DNA of 62,436 nucleotides, counting the filler, from Sanchytrium tribonematis (Eukaryota): the NCBI GenBank assembly GCA_018985235.1. It is 6 parts of 6 records of this genome, joined end to end, with 100 filler letters (N's around TTAATTAATTAA, not from the genome) between each part and the next. Parts side by side here need not be neighbours in the genome. Positions count along the whole stretch, not along the records: positions 30,861 to 37,110 come from JADGIG010000539.1; positions 37,211 to 43,450 come from JADGIG010000540.1; positions 43,551 to 49,781 come from JADGIG010000541.1; 3 more parts are not named here. The stretch is one strand, 5' to 3'. Shown piece by piece: positions 36,302 through 48,330 of the stretch; within the stretch, counting starts at the first letter, position 1; every line of letters begins with the position of its first letter. The position numbers were made by a program, and so were the translations under genes. The notes under the pieces are model-generated. The model was given only the letters and a program-made list of their open reading frames with translations, did not search any database and had not been told where the DNA came from.

Positions 36302-37010
36302 TTATTTGGTTTTACTTTGCTCTTCGGCTTGCATTGCTTCAGTTTGGGACCTGGTGATGTAGTTCAAATCCAATGTGGCCTCATAGCCATATCTGCTCAA
36401 CGCATCAGCTGCTCCATTTTGATGACCTATTACGTATGCAATTGTCAGATCGTGTTGCTGAAGTTTACACACCCAGCTTGCCAATTTCCCTGTTTTCTGG
36501 CTGTCGTTGGGGTTTTGGACACTTTTTCTTGTGAAGGAGAAACCCATCCGAGCTAAATGCAAACCCTAAGAAATTGACTTTTATCATACCAAATTTGCAT
36601 TTCTTTGCACAAAGCGTTAGCCCGAATTCTTTCAATTTCTTGAGCACCTTTCCCAGGCTCTTCATCAGAGACTCGAGTGTGTGACCAAATATTAGGAAGG
36701 CGTCCAAGTAAACCAGAATTTCAGTTCCAATCATTTCTTTAAATATTTCATCCATTAGACGCTGAAATGATGCTGGTGCTGTTGACAATCCAAAGGGTAT
36801 ACCTATAAACTCAAACAGCCCAAAAGGTGTCACAAAAGCTGTCTTTTCTCTGTCCTTATCAGCCAAAGGTCTCTGCCAGTATCCAGATTTTAGATCCAGT
36901 GATATGAAGAATTTTGCTCCATCAAGGCTATTTATGAGGCTTTGGAGGTTTGAGATTGGTGGTTTGTAGTTAAAGCAAAACCGTACAGATCCATCATGCT
37001 TTGATAGCAT
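36302..37010 (-). mobile_element. Degenerate Ty3/gypsy pol fragment (RT + end of RNase H)
   Basis: DGSVRFC, LDLKSGYWQ, KTAFVTPFGLFEF, PFGL, YLDA (dead YxDD), then frameshifted GKLASW...NGAADALSR; internal deletions. Confidence 0.88.
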
Positions 37011-37210
37011 AACACGGAGTATTACTGTAAAATATGTCCTCCAGTAAAAATGTTATAAAGAAACCCCCAGGCCCTCTGCAGCCCGCAAACCTAGCAGAAA
37101 TGGTTGACCCNNNNNNNNNNNNNNNNNNNNNNNNNNNNNNNNNNNNNNNNNNNNTTAATTAATTAANNNNNNNNNNNNNNNNNNNNNNNNNNNNNNNNNN
37201 NNNNNNNNNN

Positions 37211-39954
37211 CAATCTTATCCTGAATAATGGGCTCGGCATCAAAAAAGAGCTGCAAGACATCAGAAATTATGGTCATTAATCCAGGAGAGTCTTTTTCTC
37301 GCACTTCATAAACACTTTGTTATAGTAAACTACCTTTTTTTTAAATGTATTTTAGCAAATATATATTCTTGAGTCAAATATGCTATTATAAACATAGCAT
37401 CAGTTATAAATGCAAATAGTCCGAAAGACCCCCCGACAGTTCCGTAATAAACAGGTCTACCATTAAAGATTGGGTGTGACAAATTCTCCGGTCTCCTAAA
37501 TAACGTATTCATAGTATCGCCACCACAATGTCCTTGAAAAATTTTCAAGTATGCATTGTTTGACATTTCTAGCATGTAAACATTATTTCTGTCATCACAA
37601 ACAAGCTGGTGATTCTCATCTATCATTTGAGCTGTAGTCAACCATTTTGGTTTTCTATCCCTATACATTTGTTCTGCATTACCATTTTTTAAATCTAATC
37701 GATAAATAAAAATACTTCGGATCATGTCACCAATAAGAATGTAATTTTGAAAGGTATCCATAGCGACAATATGCGTGAAGAAATCAGATTCGAATATTAT
37801 TTTCTTGTTTAGTATTATCAAAAATTTTGTTTGTAACGCCACGACATAAAAAGAATCAATTTTGCGAATGATGATGGCTTCACTAGGTATTTCCATCTCT
37901 GAAATATCCAATTTTTTTTCAATTTCTTCAAATTTTATAAATTGCAAAATATGCTGATCGTTGTGTGTAGAGCCAATTGTGATAATACCATCGTATATTT
38001 TAAAGCAGCTGATAGTCGAATAAAAATTGTGCTCGTATATCACTTCGAAATTAGCCTTATCCATAAAAACTAGAATATAATTTGACTTGAAGTCGAGATT
38101 TTGCAAATCTCCATTTTTGCTAAATACCCCGACAATCATTTGCCCAAGTTCTTGACAGTACAAGCAATTTTTATAGACGTAATGTTTGTGAAGGTGTCGT
38201 TTTTTGATTTTCCCTAGATCCCCAAAAGCAATCTCTCTCCTAGTAGTGAAAAATAACATGTCATCTATTGCTGTACAATTGGTAATGTTTTTAGATAATT
38301 TAATTAAGGATTTATCATAAATATAAGAGGAATCGCTTAAAACAAACAAATGGTTCTTGACAAACGATACTTGAACAGGAGTGTTTCCCACTGGCAAACG
38401 CTCTAAAATATCATCTTTTAATATCCCCAAGGTACCATTTATAAACCCGACATACAATTCACCATTATCGAAATATAGTGAGTGAGCGTCTGGTATTGAT
38501 AATTTCATGATTTCTTGAAAATTTAAGTCTGTCTTATAAAGATCATCTGTACTAAAAATCAAGTTGTTTTCGTCGCTGGTGCAACAGCTAAATGGTACGT
38601 TAGTGGTATATACAAGATTAAAAGTGGTGTCAAGTTTAAAAACAACATAATCGTTACCAATACCACCAAAAACATACAAATACTTATTCCTTGTACAGCA
38701 TTGAACATTTATCTGCAATATTTTAGTTCTCTTAGCATGTAATACCTCATAAACACCTGTCGGAACAACTTGAATAACTCGTTCCCCAATCTTAGCACAA
38801 AAAATAGTAGGCTCATTAAATTCCAAATCATGTGAGATTTGATTTAATTCTTCGTTCTTCAATTGTAACACTTTGGTCGCGTTGTTATAGCTTAAAAGCA
38901 AAAGATCATCGAGACTGCTTATTCGAGTTGGAATGTATGTAGAGGACAGTTGGCCGTATAGATTAATTGGAATTCCTTTCTGAATAACTCCCATACAACT
39001 TGGCTGTACATTGCTTGTACATAAGATCAATTCTCCAACTATCAAATTATTCAACGGTGCTAATGATGGGATTTCATCAACAATCTCAAAATGACTAGCT
39101 GCAATACCTGGCAAGTCGACTTGTGCAGCCAAATCTTGTAATTTACATAGAAAAGAATCATGAAAATGACTTCCAACGAATATTAAGTCCTGAAATAAAG
39201 TTAATTTTGTGCATATAGTGAATTTTGTCAAATATTCAACTGTAAAATCATTTTCATACATTTTTAGCGTAAAGTACTCACCCTCGAATGTGCAAAATAT
39301 AGCCTTTTGTATTATGTCATTAGATCGTTTTTTAAGCGGTAAGAATAATAAATCTTGCACATAATGTTTAAATGGTTTTGAAACTTTAATATCGGGTCCA
39401 AGTAGACTAACATTGCCGTCGAACAATATCACGGATTTCGAATTCGGGACGGCATAGATCTTCAGATCCTCTTGGCCCTTTAAATCCATAAGTAATGACT
39501 TGTAGGGTTTTAAGTCTTTATCACATTTATAATATTCAATTCCATTTCTACTAAGGAGGCAGATGTCATTATTTCCACACCAAACGCCATCGATCATTTC
39601 GCTCACAATGTTTCTGCTAAATTTAATTTCGTATTCGTTCATGACAATAATTCGCGTTTTGCTAATAAATACAAGAGAGTCTTTGATCACCACGACTCTA
39701 TCGTAAATTTGATCAAGTTCGATAGTTTCAGTGTCTAATATGCTGCAATAATGTCTGTTAAGTAATCCAAAAACTTGATTTTTATATACTACAAGCTGAC
39801 GATACGCTAGGTAAATTGTTTTGATGACATTAAATTGAGTATCTCTTATTTGTAAATGCGTTGAAAATGCAATGTACAAATTCCCGTCAAATGATATGCT
39901 ATCTCTCACACTTGTGCCATATTCTAATGTTTTTTGAAGCAAAAACGGTTTCAT
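37211..39954 (-). CDS. DDB1: DDB1-like triple beta-propeller protein; join(39954..37334,37314..<37211), 3' truncated
   Basis: IFVGSHFHDS, EIPSLAPL, VIQVVPTGV, PVGNTPV, ILIGDMIRSI, RDRKPKWLT, YGTVGGSFG; spliced tail IISDVLQLFFD resembles IDGDLIESFLD. RSE1/CPSF1 paralogs not formally excluded. Confidence 0.72.
37315..37333 (-). other. 19-nt GT-AG intron (gtagtttactataacaaag), phase 2, AAG acceptor
   Basis: Excision gives AG|T GTT TAT and a frame open to the contig end encoding a DDB1-like C-terminal helix. Confidence 0.8.
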
Positions 39955-40118
39955 CCCCCTAATGTATAAATTATCATTAAAAATTCCTTCTTATACAACC
40001 GTCTGATTAATGGTTGCGAGAGTTTAAGAATCAGAATTTCAAATCTGGTTTTGCTTCAAATTTAAATTTTTTTACATAATGTTTTTGGAATTTCAAGCCA
40101 CATCCCGAAGTTTTTAAG

Positions 40119-43100
40119 ATGGAATCTGTTGCTGATAGATTATACGTGTTGAGTGAGTTTGGAGGCAAGAACTTACGCGTACTGTATTCTCACATCAAAT
40201 TATACAATTTCTTATCTAATCCAACGGAACAAGATACTTTATTTGGAGATTCTAGCATACCATTAAAGTCTGGACTGCAATTACTTATAGAACCAAATTA
40301 TCAACCGCTTTATAAAGCACTTTTAAAAAAGTTTCCAGATATCAGAGACATCCCTAAGAATACCACCTCTCTTTTAGAACAAAACCAAAAAATATTTGTA
40401 GACAGCTTACAAGGAATGTATAATAGCATGTCTTCGTTTTTGCAATTCCAAAATGATACACTAGAAGTTCTGAAAATTGCTGATAAAATCCAGTACTTAA
40501 ATTATGATGTTTCTCCGGACATATGTATGATGATTCTTGATGTGGTGAGACAAATTCACCACGGGCTTCACCTCATAAGTCTTTTGGGCGAACGGAAAAA
40601 GGTGATTGTGAGTGTATATGCAAAAGCTTATTTCCTCGAAAATGGAATTAATGAGCCACTGTTTAGAACCCTTGCCGACTTGTGCCTCAATAGTGATAAA
40701 ATTCAGCAATACATTGTGGAACTTTTTGCCCCATATAGTGGGGTAGTTCAAATGGCAATTGCTTCATTACAACAAGATTTCCCAAGTGGTGCCGTCATTG
40801 CTGCTGATACTCTTCGAAAAACAAAATCCCTCAGATTTAGTGGAAGTTTTAAAATGGGTAATACCAATGAACCATCTTACGATGACAAATTATTTAGGAT
40901 GTTGTATTATATTAATCGCAACGCTAGTAATGTGGTCGCTGCCACTTTATCATGCCCGAATGATATTTTGAAGGATGATAAGATAACACACGTCTCCACT
41001 TATTCAATCAATATGAATGACAAAATATATCTAGGAGGAGATACTTATCTTGAAGGCCTTAATGAGGTGGAACAAATAGGTCGCATTTCTAATAAGAGCA
41101 ATAAGATAGTCAAGCAATTGATTGAGGCTGTTCAAAATACTGCTACTCGCCAATCTCTTCATCTGGATCGAAGAGAATCAGTCTCGAAATTGATAGAAGA
41201 ATGTATATCAACTGTCGAAAGTCAAGGAGGATTTGTTGCTACCAAACTTCCAACGATATTATCGTTGCTCAGTCTAGGTTATTATGAATTAATACATTAT
41301 TTTCGAGTTGTAGAGAGATCGAGTCCAAGAAGAACCAAAACTGCAAACAACACTTCCACGAGTTGGTCTGGTGTATTTCTTTTAAAAAATGTCATAAAAT
41401 TGAGAGAAATTGTTTTGGAAAATAAGTCTCTTATTACAAAGTATTACATTAATTTATTGAAAATAACTTATGCAAATGGGTTAGATGAATACCTCAATAT
41501 ACTAGCAGGTAGTCCCGAACCAGATGGTATCAAAAACATGTGGAATGAAATTCACTTGATGCTCAAGTCTGCTTCTGAAACCCAGCTATCAAAATTTACG
41601 GATTTAAGGCAAACTTGGAGAAGATTGCAATTATATTTCGCTACTCAAAGTCCTCCGTCTCAGAACTCAACACCTTATTACATGTCCAAACTTATGAACG
41701 AAGTTTTTTTCAGATCCTTTTTTATTGACAACCTAGAAACTGAAATGGATAAAATTTGTCCGATCCAGGAACTCTACTTCTTCAGATACGCATTAATGGA
41801 TCATGTAACATCATTTACAAGTATTATTGGTCACGAGGACCAGTTTGTTCGTTTATCTGAATCTATAAGTTCTTGTATTGATATTGGCAGATATTTCCTC
41901 AAGGTTGTAAAGTATGAAAACAAGGTGAGTGGTCAAAATGAAAGAATTATTCAATTTGTCAAACAGTATGTTGAGGTGGGCACTCATCAACTGACAGACT
42001 ACACAGCGTTCTTAATCCATGGACTTAATCTAGAATTTGCACGACTATTTTTGTTAAGCCACAGTTTCGGTCAACAAACAATGTTGACGGAAGAAGACAA
42101 AAAGGCGATGGTCATGCCAGGATTTGAGTCTATGCTGCAGCATAAAAATGCTACACTTCTTAAATGGGCAGCACAACAATCTATGATAAAAGGGCTCTTA
42201 AATGGCTTTGTTGACATTAAAATTGGAAAAACAAGATTCTCACCGATTAATGAATTCATTAAGAGTTATAACAAGATTGTAAGTGGAGTTTTGAAGACAA
42301 GCATCATTGATTACGGGGCCAATTCAAAAGAAAATTCAAGCCCATATAGTGTATATTCTAAAGATTCTCCAATAATGCAACAAAGTGGATTTATGATTAA
42401 AAGACCCACTTTATTCTTGATTGGTTTGTATGGATATTTTGAGAATTTAAAAAGACTGTTTGTTTACGTAAAATACGACTATCTTTATCACGAAGTCACG
42501 AAGTTACTAAAAGACCAAAGCAATCTACAAGCAGCGACCGTAGAATTGTCCCAAGCACAGGCCGACACAAAGAAAAAAGTGGGTAAAAAAGCTCCTGTTG
42601 ACAATGACAAGTTGCTCGTAACCATTGTAATCAATTGGCTTATGGAAATTATTGGATCAAAGTCTGTTGCACAGAACTTTGGAATTTCTCCAATTAGAAA
42701 GTCCTTAGAAAGTTATGGTCAAGACCCATTTCCTTTGCATCATTTTATTTGCTACAAGGAATTCTATGCATTGGCTGAGTGCATTGGCCCGAATGCTAGA
42801 GTCTTATTAAGAGAAAAAATCTATTCTGTTGCTAAAATGATATTTGATGACATTTTCATTGCATGCAAACCTATTTATGAGAATGTAGATGCTGAAAAAT
42901 CGGATAAATCAGATCAAAAAATTATGGATTTCATTAGTAAGACTAGAAGCGCACAAGAGTTTAATGATTGGATGCTAAATTTTGGAACATTAGGGATGCT
43001 GTTTGAACTTGAGGATCTTTTAAGCGAAGCATTTAGTGACGCAATGCATGCCAATTCCTCATACTTAAGATCGGTGGTTGAACATGGCGATGCAACCTTA

Positions 43101-43450
43101 AATACGAAAATTCCTGATTTGGTAGAAATGATTACGAGCAGTGGTATCAAAAGCAAAAATGCCAAATCCAAATTCCAGATTTCTGCTCAAATTGATATTA
43201 AAAAATTCACAAACACTTTGGTGATCTTCATGGTTAGTCTCGCCCTGGACGAGACAATTATGTATTATCCATTTCACGGAAGTAATTTGATTTTATTTAG
43301 CTTTTACCAGAAATATTCAGTCAATACCATATGCCATTGCTATTATTTTGAGAGATTTGAGCATTTCGGTCGATCCTACAAAGTGGGAAAAAACCTTTGA
43401 AGTTGTGTGCCAGCAATTTCTAGAGCAATCTTGTCTTTACCTAATGAAAT
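40119..43450 (+). CDS. NCKAP1: NCKAP1/Nap1 (HEM family) SCAR/WAVE complex subunit; join(40119..43281,43301..>43450), 3' truncated
   Basis: VADRLYVLSEFG, LYKALLKKFP, MPGFES, IKRPT, EFYALAECIGP; spliced tail YYPFHGTFTRNIQSIPYAI...QFLEQS parallels NCKAP1 NNIHC...EFLAL. Confidence 0.82.
43282..43300 (+). other. 19-nt GT-AG intron (gtaatttgattttatttag), phase 1
   Basis: Excision gives GGA A|CT TTT and a frame open to the contig end with NCKAP1-like sequence. Confidence 0.88.
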
Positions 43451-43550
43451 NNNNNNNNNNNNNNNNNNNNNNNNNNNNNNNNNNNNNNNNNNNNTTAATT
43501 AATTAANNNNNNNNNNNNNNNNNNNNNNNNNNNNNNNNNNNNNNNNNNNN

Positions 43551-44363
43551 AGATGCATAATGTAAAGCATTAATCATCCAAACAGGATCTCCAAGTTCGA
43601 TAATATCTGCTGGTTTTAATTTGTATTTAACCAGTTTATCTAGAATTTTTTCGTACATGGCTTTAAGATCTGTGGGTGGCTTCATATGCGGCGTCTTTGC
43701 AGCCATCATTTCCAAAAAATGATTTGTATTATCAATCTTATTCTGTTTCATTTCTCTGGCTGTTTTATCTAATTGTTCCTGTCTCTCTCTTTTTTGTCTT
43801 ATCCACATATTCCAACGATTCTTTTGTTCTTTGGTTGCAACTTCCACATAGATTTTCATATCCTTATCAAACAGCGAATGGGAACGGGTTTCAATTAGAT
43901 CAAGCGTTTTCTCGTTGTATACCTTTTTTAAATCATTCAGAATCATAACTCGTTGTTGAGCACTGCATAATTGAAATTGTTGTCTTATAGTTTGAAAAGC
44001 CATTTCAAGATGGTGTGGGCCACCCTCACTCTCATAAAACTGCTCTTTTAAAGTTTTAAAAATCATTTTCAAATGCTTCTTTCTATTTAAATCTTTCGGC
44101 ATGTGCTCTGCTTTCTCTACTCGCTCGATTTCACCATCTATTTCATTTGGTTGATGAATCATCACCGGCTCATTTTTCTGCAATTCCAAATCTGTAATGA
44201 ATTGTCCCAAATGATCTATATGAATCAAGGAATCATGCTCGTAATTTGATTGACGAGTTCTTCTTTGATAATCATCATTAGGATTTGGAATGCTGGTTTT
44301 AATTTTTGGTTTGGTTCTACCGAAAGCATTTCCACCAAATACACATAAAAATGCAAACAACAT
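43551..44363 (-). CDS. Orphan secreted protein (short signal MLFAFLCVFG), 3' truncated
   Basis: Hydrophobic 10-aa N-terminus and upstream DNA shared with 45401-46123. Confidence 0.7.
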
Positions 44364-44582
44364 GGGGGATAAACAGATCGCTGTTTAAATACAATTGAAA
44401 TGAACACGTGGTCGTGCAAATTGACCCCTTGGGATATTTATTTTGCAGTGCAAAACTGGAGAATCTTAAACACAAATGACTCGCGAGTGACTCACAAACA
44501 GTCAATCTACTCCCAAATGTCAAAAATCCATTTATTTTGCCCATTAATTTACCCTGCACTTCCAAAAGCAAATCAAAATTAG

Positions 44583-45071
44583 TTAATCAAGATCCATACT
44601 CGCAAAAGATTCAATTATACGATCTGGATTTCCTGTTAATTCGGGTGGTAATTCTATCGATTCGTCAAATTCACTAAATGAATCAGAATAATCAGAGGGA
44701 AGCCACTTTATAATTGAATCTACATCTCCCTGATATTTTTTACAAATATTAGTGATGGCCTCTATCTGTTTTGCTTTTGTTCTAGGTCTCTTTATATAAA
44801 ATATTTGTGCAAAATCGTTGAAACACCTTGGAATTCGAATTTTCAACTGTTCTTTATATTGTGCCTCATTTAGTTTCGGTTCAGCTGTTTTCAAATCACT
44901 TAATATCTGATGATATATTGCATACATTGTACGGTAATACGCATTTCCTTGTTCAGACAATTGATCTAAAGATCGAAGGGTTGTAATCACCGCATACCAA
45001 ATAGAATTTATCTGCTGTTCAGAAAAGTCATTACTTGAAATATATTTTGCTGCGTAAAATAGAATATTCAC
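44583..45071 (-). pseudogene. 5'-disrupted paralog of 45401-46123
   Basis: IFYIKRPRTK...WLPSDY resembles YFVMNRPKSK...YLPDVPEY; no ATG or signal in frame, in-frame TAA about 15 codons upstream. Confidence 0.5.
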
Positions 45072-45400
45072 TGGTTTTGCAGGATCTTTAATTTTGGGAG
45101 AAGTGCATAAATATTAGAATCACCAAATGCTTTGAAATATTTTGATTTCAAAATAAGTTTTTTTAAATTCATCTTTTCTCTTTTCTTCCAATTTTTGATT
45201 TGCTCCCTTTTTAGCAACTCTCTCATTTGATTTATAAGAAAGAGATGACGAATTGAATAAATGACAAATGATGCCCCTTGGAGAGATGTAGTCCAATCAA
45301 ATAACGAGATGATAAATGCGTGATTTTGAACAATTGAGTAAATTTATTTGAATGACCAGGGAGACATATTACTTAGTTGCCTCAATTTTCAATCATTTAT

Positions 45401-46123
45401 TTAGTTGTTTGTGAATTTCAATGAATCAAACTTGCTAACCCATTCTCGGGGCAAGTAAGGCAATACATCTTCCTTTTCAGGAGAATAAATTGAATTGCCT
45501 GAATAGTATTCGGGGACGTCAGGCAAATATCTAGCATAGATCTCATCAAAACGATTTAAAGTGTTTCGTTGCCCAATATCATTGAGAAATGATGTCGCTT
45601 CTTCTTTTGATTTAGGTCTGTTCATGACAAAGTATACCACAAGATCTCCTATTAATGGTTTCAAATCTATTTTGTCTTTGTAATGGTGAATCACATTCTC
45701 AATCAAATTGACAAAAATCTTGTCACCTATTTTTTTAAACAACGCCATTCTCATACAGAACCAGACATCATTTTGCTCAATAGAAGGAATCCAGGGGTCG
45801 TAAGGGGTTTTACGATAGAACTCCCAGAAGTAGTACAATTTGTTGATAATCCATGCTTTATCCTTGTCATTATCATTCAATGTTGTATCGTAGTGACATG
45901 CTTTGTGACTTTTGCGAAACTGGCGATGGTGCAATTCTTTTATTTGTACTCGCAAATCTAAATGTGCTCTATTTTCATATATATTCTCTGAACGATCGTC
46001 AAGAAGTAATCGCTGACTCAAAGAATCATTTGGATCATTTGGATCATCCACAGTTGTTGGTTGTCGAATCAGACCACTGAGCGATTCCCATATCCCAAAT
46101 ACACACAACAATGCAAAAAACAT
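45401..46123 (-). CDS. Orphan secreted protein (short signal MFFALLCVFG)
   Basis: 240-aa ORF, hydrophobic N-terminus, AATAAA overlapping the stop. Confidence 0.72.
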   Translation of the reverse strand: MFFALLCVFGIWESLSGLIRQPTTVDDPNDPNDSLSQRLLLDDRSENIYENRAHLDLRVQIKELHHRQFRKSHKACHYDTTLNDNDKDKAWIINKLYYFWEFYRKTPYDPWIPSIEQNDVWFCMRMALFKKIGDKIFVNLIENVIHHYKDKIDLKPLIGDLVVYFVMNRPKSKEEATSFLNDIGQRNTLNRFDEIYARYLPDVPEYYSGNSIYSPEKEDVLPYLPREWVSKFDSLKFTNN

Positions 46124-46164
46124 GGGGAAGTGGATTGCAATTCTTTTTATAACAAATGGGGCAA

Positions 46165-46235
46165 CACGTGGTTGTACAATTGGAGCACGTGGTTGTACGA
46201 ATATACCCCGCTGCTAAATAGTCAAGTCGCACGTG
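46165..46235. promoter_or_regulatory. Cluster of three CACGTG E-boxes (13-nt direct repeat CACGTGGTTGTAC twice)
   Basis: CACGTG at 46165, 46186, 46230, 40-110 nt upstream of ATG 46123; counterpart at 44405 upstream of ATG 44363. Confidence 0.55.
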
Positions 46236-46339
46236 TGAGTACAATAAATTTGCAAATGGATGCCCCCAAACAGTATCACCAATGACTCACAAACAATCAA
46301 TCTACTCCAAAATGTCAAAAATCCATTTATTTTGCCCAT

Positions 46340-47758
46340 TTATTTGCCCAATTGACTCATTTGTACTTCCAATTGTCTAATCTTGACATCTTTTTGAGCC
46401 ACTTCATTCTTCAATTTCTCCACTTCTTTTCTCAATTGATGATATGCATCTTGATATTCCTTTTCATTACTAGGTAATTTCTCTTCAACGACTTCTTCTT
46501 GCACAGCATTAAAACTCTTTTCAGTGGGTTTAAATCCTTTTTCCAATGAAATTAATTTTGGATTACCGCATTTACCACCTAAATACTCTGTAATAGACTG
46601 GGATGGCTCATCTCCAATTGTATTTGGATATAAATCACTTTGGAATCCATCTGATTTACGTGGCACTGTAAATGAAATCACTTCAATTTTATCTGTTTGC
46701 AATTTATAGCCCCTCATGATTTCATTATTTTGTAAATCCACGCCTCGTTTGGGTCCAAATGCAAATCCACGTTGCGGATCTCCACTGCTAAATTGACTCA
46801 AATAAAATGGACTGCCAGCATCTTCTGTATCCCATTCGTAATATCGGATATTGCCATCTCCTTTACCCACCAAATAAATCAATTTGGTGTCTTGGTCATA
46901 AAATGGCATCATGACACCCGCACTAGAATCTAATTGGATCTCCTTGACAGGTGCAGCCATGTTTTTGGTATTGTAAATAAATAATTGTCGATCTGATTGT
47001 TTAGAGAATCCAGTAGTCAATAAATAGTCAGAATCACCCATCCAGCACACACGGGATGATTTAGCACCTTGATGGCCATCGATACTTGCAACGACTTGTG
47101 CACCATTAGCCTGGTTGGCACGTGGGTCCAATAATCTCAATTTCTTGTCTTTTGAAGTGGTTGCGAATTGGGATCCATTGTAATTCCATGATGCGCTGTT
47201 CAACAAATCAGCGTGTCCAATCACATCCACGACAGATTTACCATGTTCCACATCCCATAATTTACACACCAAGTCAGCTGCACAACTCAAAAGCAACGCA
47301 TTCGTGGTAGGATGGAAATAGACATATTGCACTTTACGTGAATGTCCATTTAAAGTCAATAAAGGCGTATTGAAATGAGAGACACCTCCAGATGGACTCG
47401 TTGCAGATTCTGTATTCTTAGATTCTGCAACATTCCAAATCTTGACAGTGCAGTCTTCAGAAGCACTCGCAACGACAGATTCGACAAATGGGTTAAAATC
47501 TGTATCCAAAACAGGTGCAGAATGTCCATTGTAAAGTGGCAATGCATCTGGTTGTTTTCCAACTTGACTCAATGGAATAATCGCAAATGAGCCACCACCT
47601 TGAGATTGCCAGTTGACACTCAAATATTCCGTATTCGCTTTAATCAAATTACAGTCATGTGCATTGGTACTTGGCTTAATGTTTTCATAGTTTAATTCTC
47701 TCTTTAAAGGTTGGCCATAAACATGTCTGTATTTAGAATTACGCACAAATCTAGACAT
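46340..47758 (-). CDS. CRN1: Coronin
   Basis: MSRFVRNSKYRHVYG, WD40 repeats, GKGDGNIRYYE, VPRKSDGFQSDLYP, C-terminal coiled coil. Confidence 0.97.
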   Translation of the reverse strand: MSRFVRNSKYRHVYGQPLKRELNYENIKPSTNAHDCNLIKANTEYLSVNWQSQGGGSFAIIPLSQVGKQPDALPLYNGHSAPVLDTDFNPFVESVVASASEDCTVKIWNVAESKNTESATSPSGGVSHFNTPLLTLNGHSRKVQYVYFHPTTNALLLSCAADLVCKLWDVEHGKSVVDVIGHADLLNSASWNYNGSQFATTSKDKKLRLLDPRANQANGAQVVASIDGHQGAKSSRVCWMGDSDYLLTTGFSKQSDRQLFIYNTKNMAAPVKEIQLDSSAGVMMPFYDQDTKLIYLVGKGDGNIRYYEWDTEDAGSPFYLSQFSSGDPQRGFAFGPKRGVDLQNNEIMRGYKLQTDKIEVISFTVPRKSDGFQSDLYPNTIGDEPSQSITEYLGGKCGNPKLISLEKGFKPTEKSFNAVQEEVVEEKLPSNEKEYQDAYHQLRKEVEKLKNEVAQKDVKIRQLEVQMSQLGK

Positions 47759-48009
47759 TTTCAATAGGTTTCACTTGAAATGGGAGAGGGGTTGTTTTGA
47801 TGATGCACGTGTTGGGCGTCGATTTGTTTTTATTGGATGGTATAGATGACGTGTGTTTGAAAAAAGAAGAGAATGTAGATTATTTTTTGGAAAAAATATT
47901 CAAGAACACGTGATTTACAATGATTGGTAATAACTGAATACAAACATCACATGGGCTTATTTGATGACATCATTGATACTATTTGAACAAAGGGGGCACG
48001 AAGAGGGAG

Positions 48010-48330
48010 ATGATGTTGATTTTGATGACTTTGTTGATAGCACAGCTGACAGCAACATTTCGCATTCCCAATATGCATGAAAAATATTCCGTAGCTTACG
48101 TGTACCAGGGCAATCTTTGGTACAAAATCGGCTCTACAGAATCTTTCTCTACAGAGGAAATGGCAAATCAAATTGTCCAATATGTAATATATGGGGCTAT
48201 TGGCACTATTGAAAAAAATAAAGAAACAGTCAAAGTATTTAGTCATCCACATCCGGAGATTAATTGGACCGAAAAAGACAAATGTTATTATTTCAAAGAG
48301 TATCACGATCAGTTAAACAATATTATATGA
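48010..48330 (+). CDS. Orphan secreted family member, short or truncated
   Basis: Signal MMLILMTLLIAQLTA; YVYQGNLWYK...STEEMANQI resembles YTLQNDQWHYK...SLGMVDKM of 48691. Confidence 0.5.
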   Translation: MMLILMTLLIAQLTATFRIPNMHEKYSVAYVYQGNLWYKIGSTESFSTEEMANQIVQYVIYGAIGTIEKNKETVKVFSHPHPEINWTEKDKCYYFKEYHDQLNNII

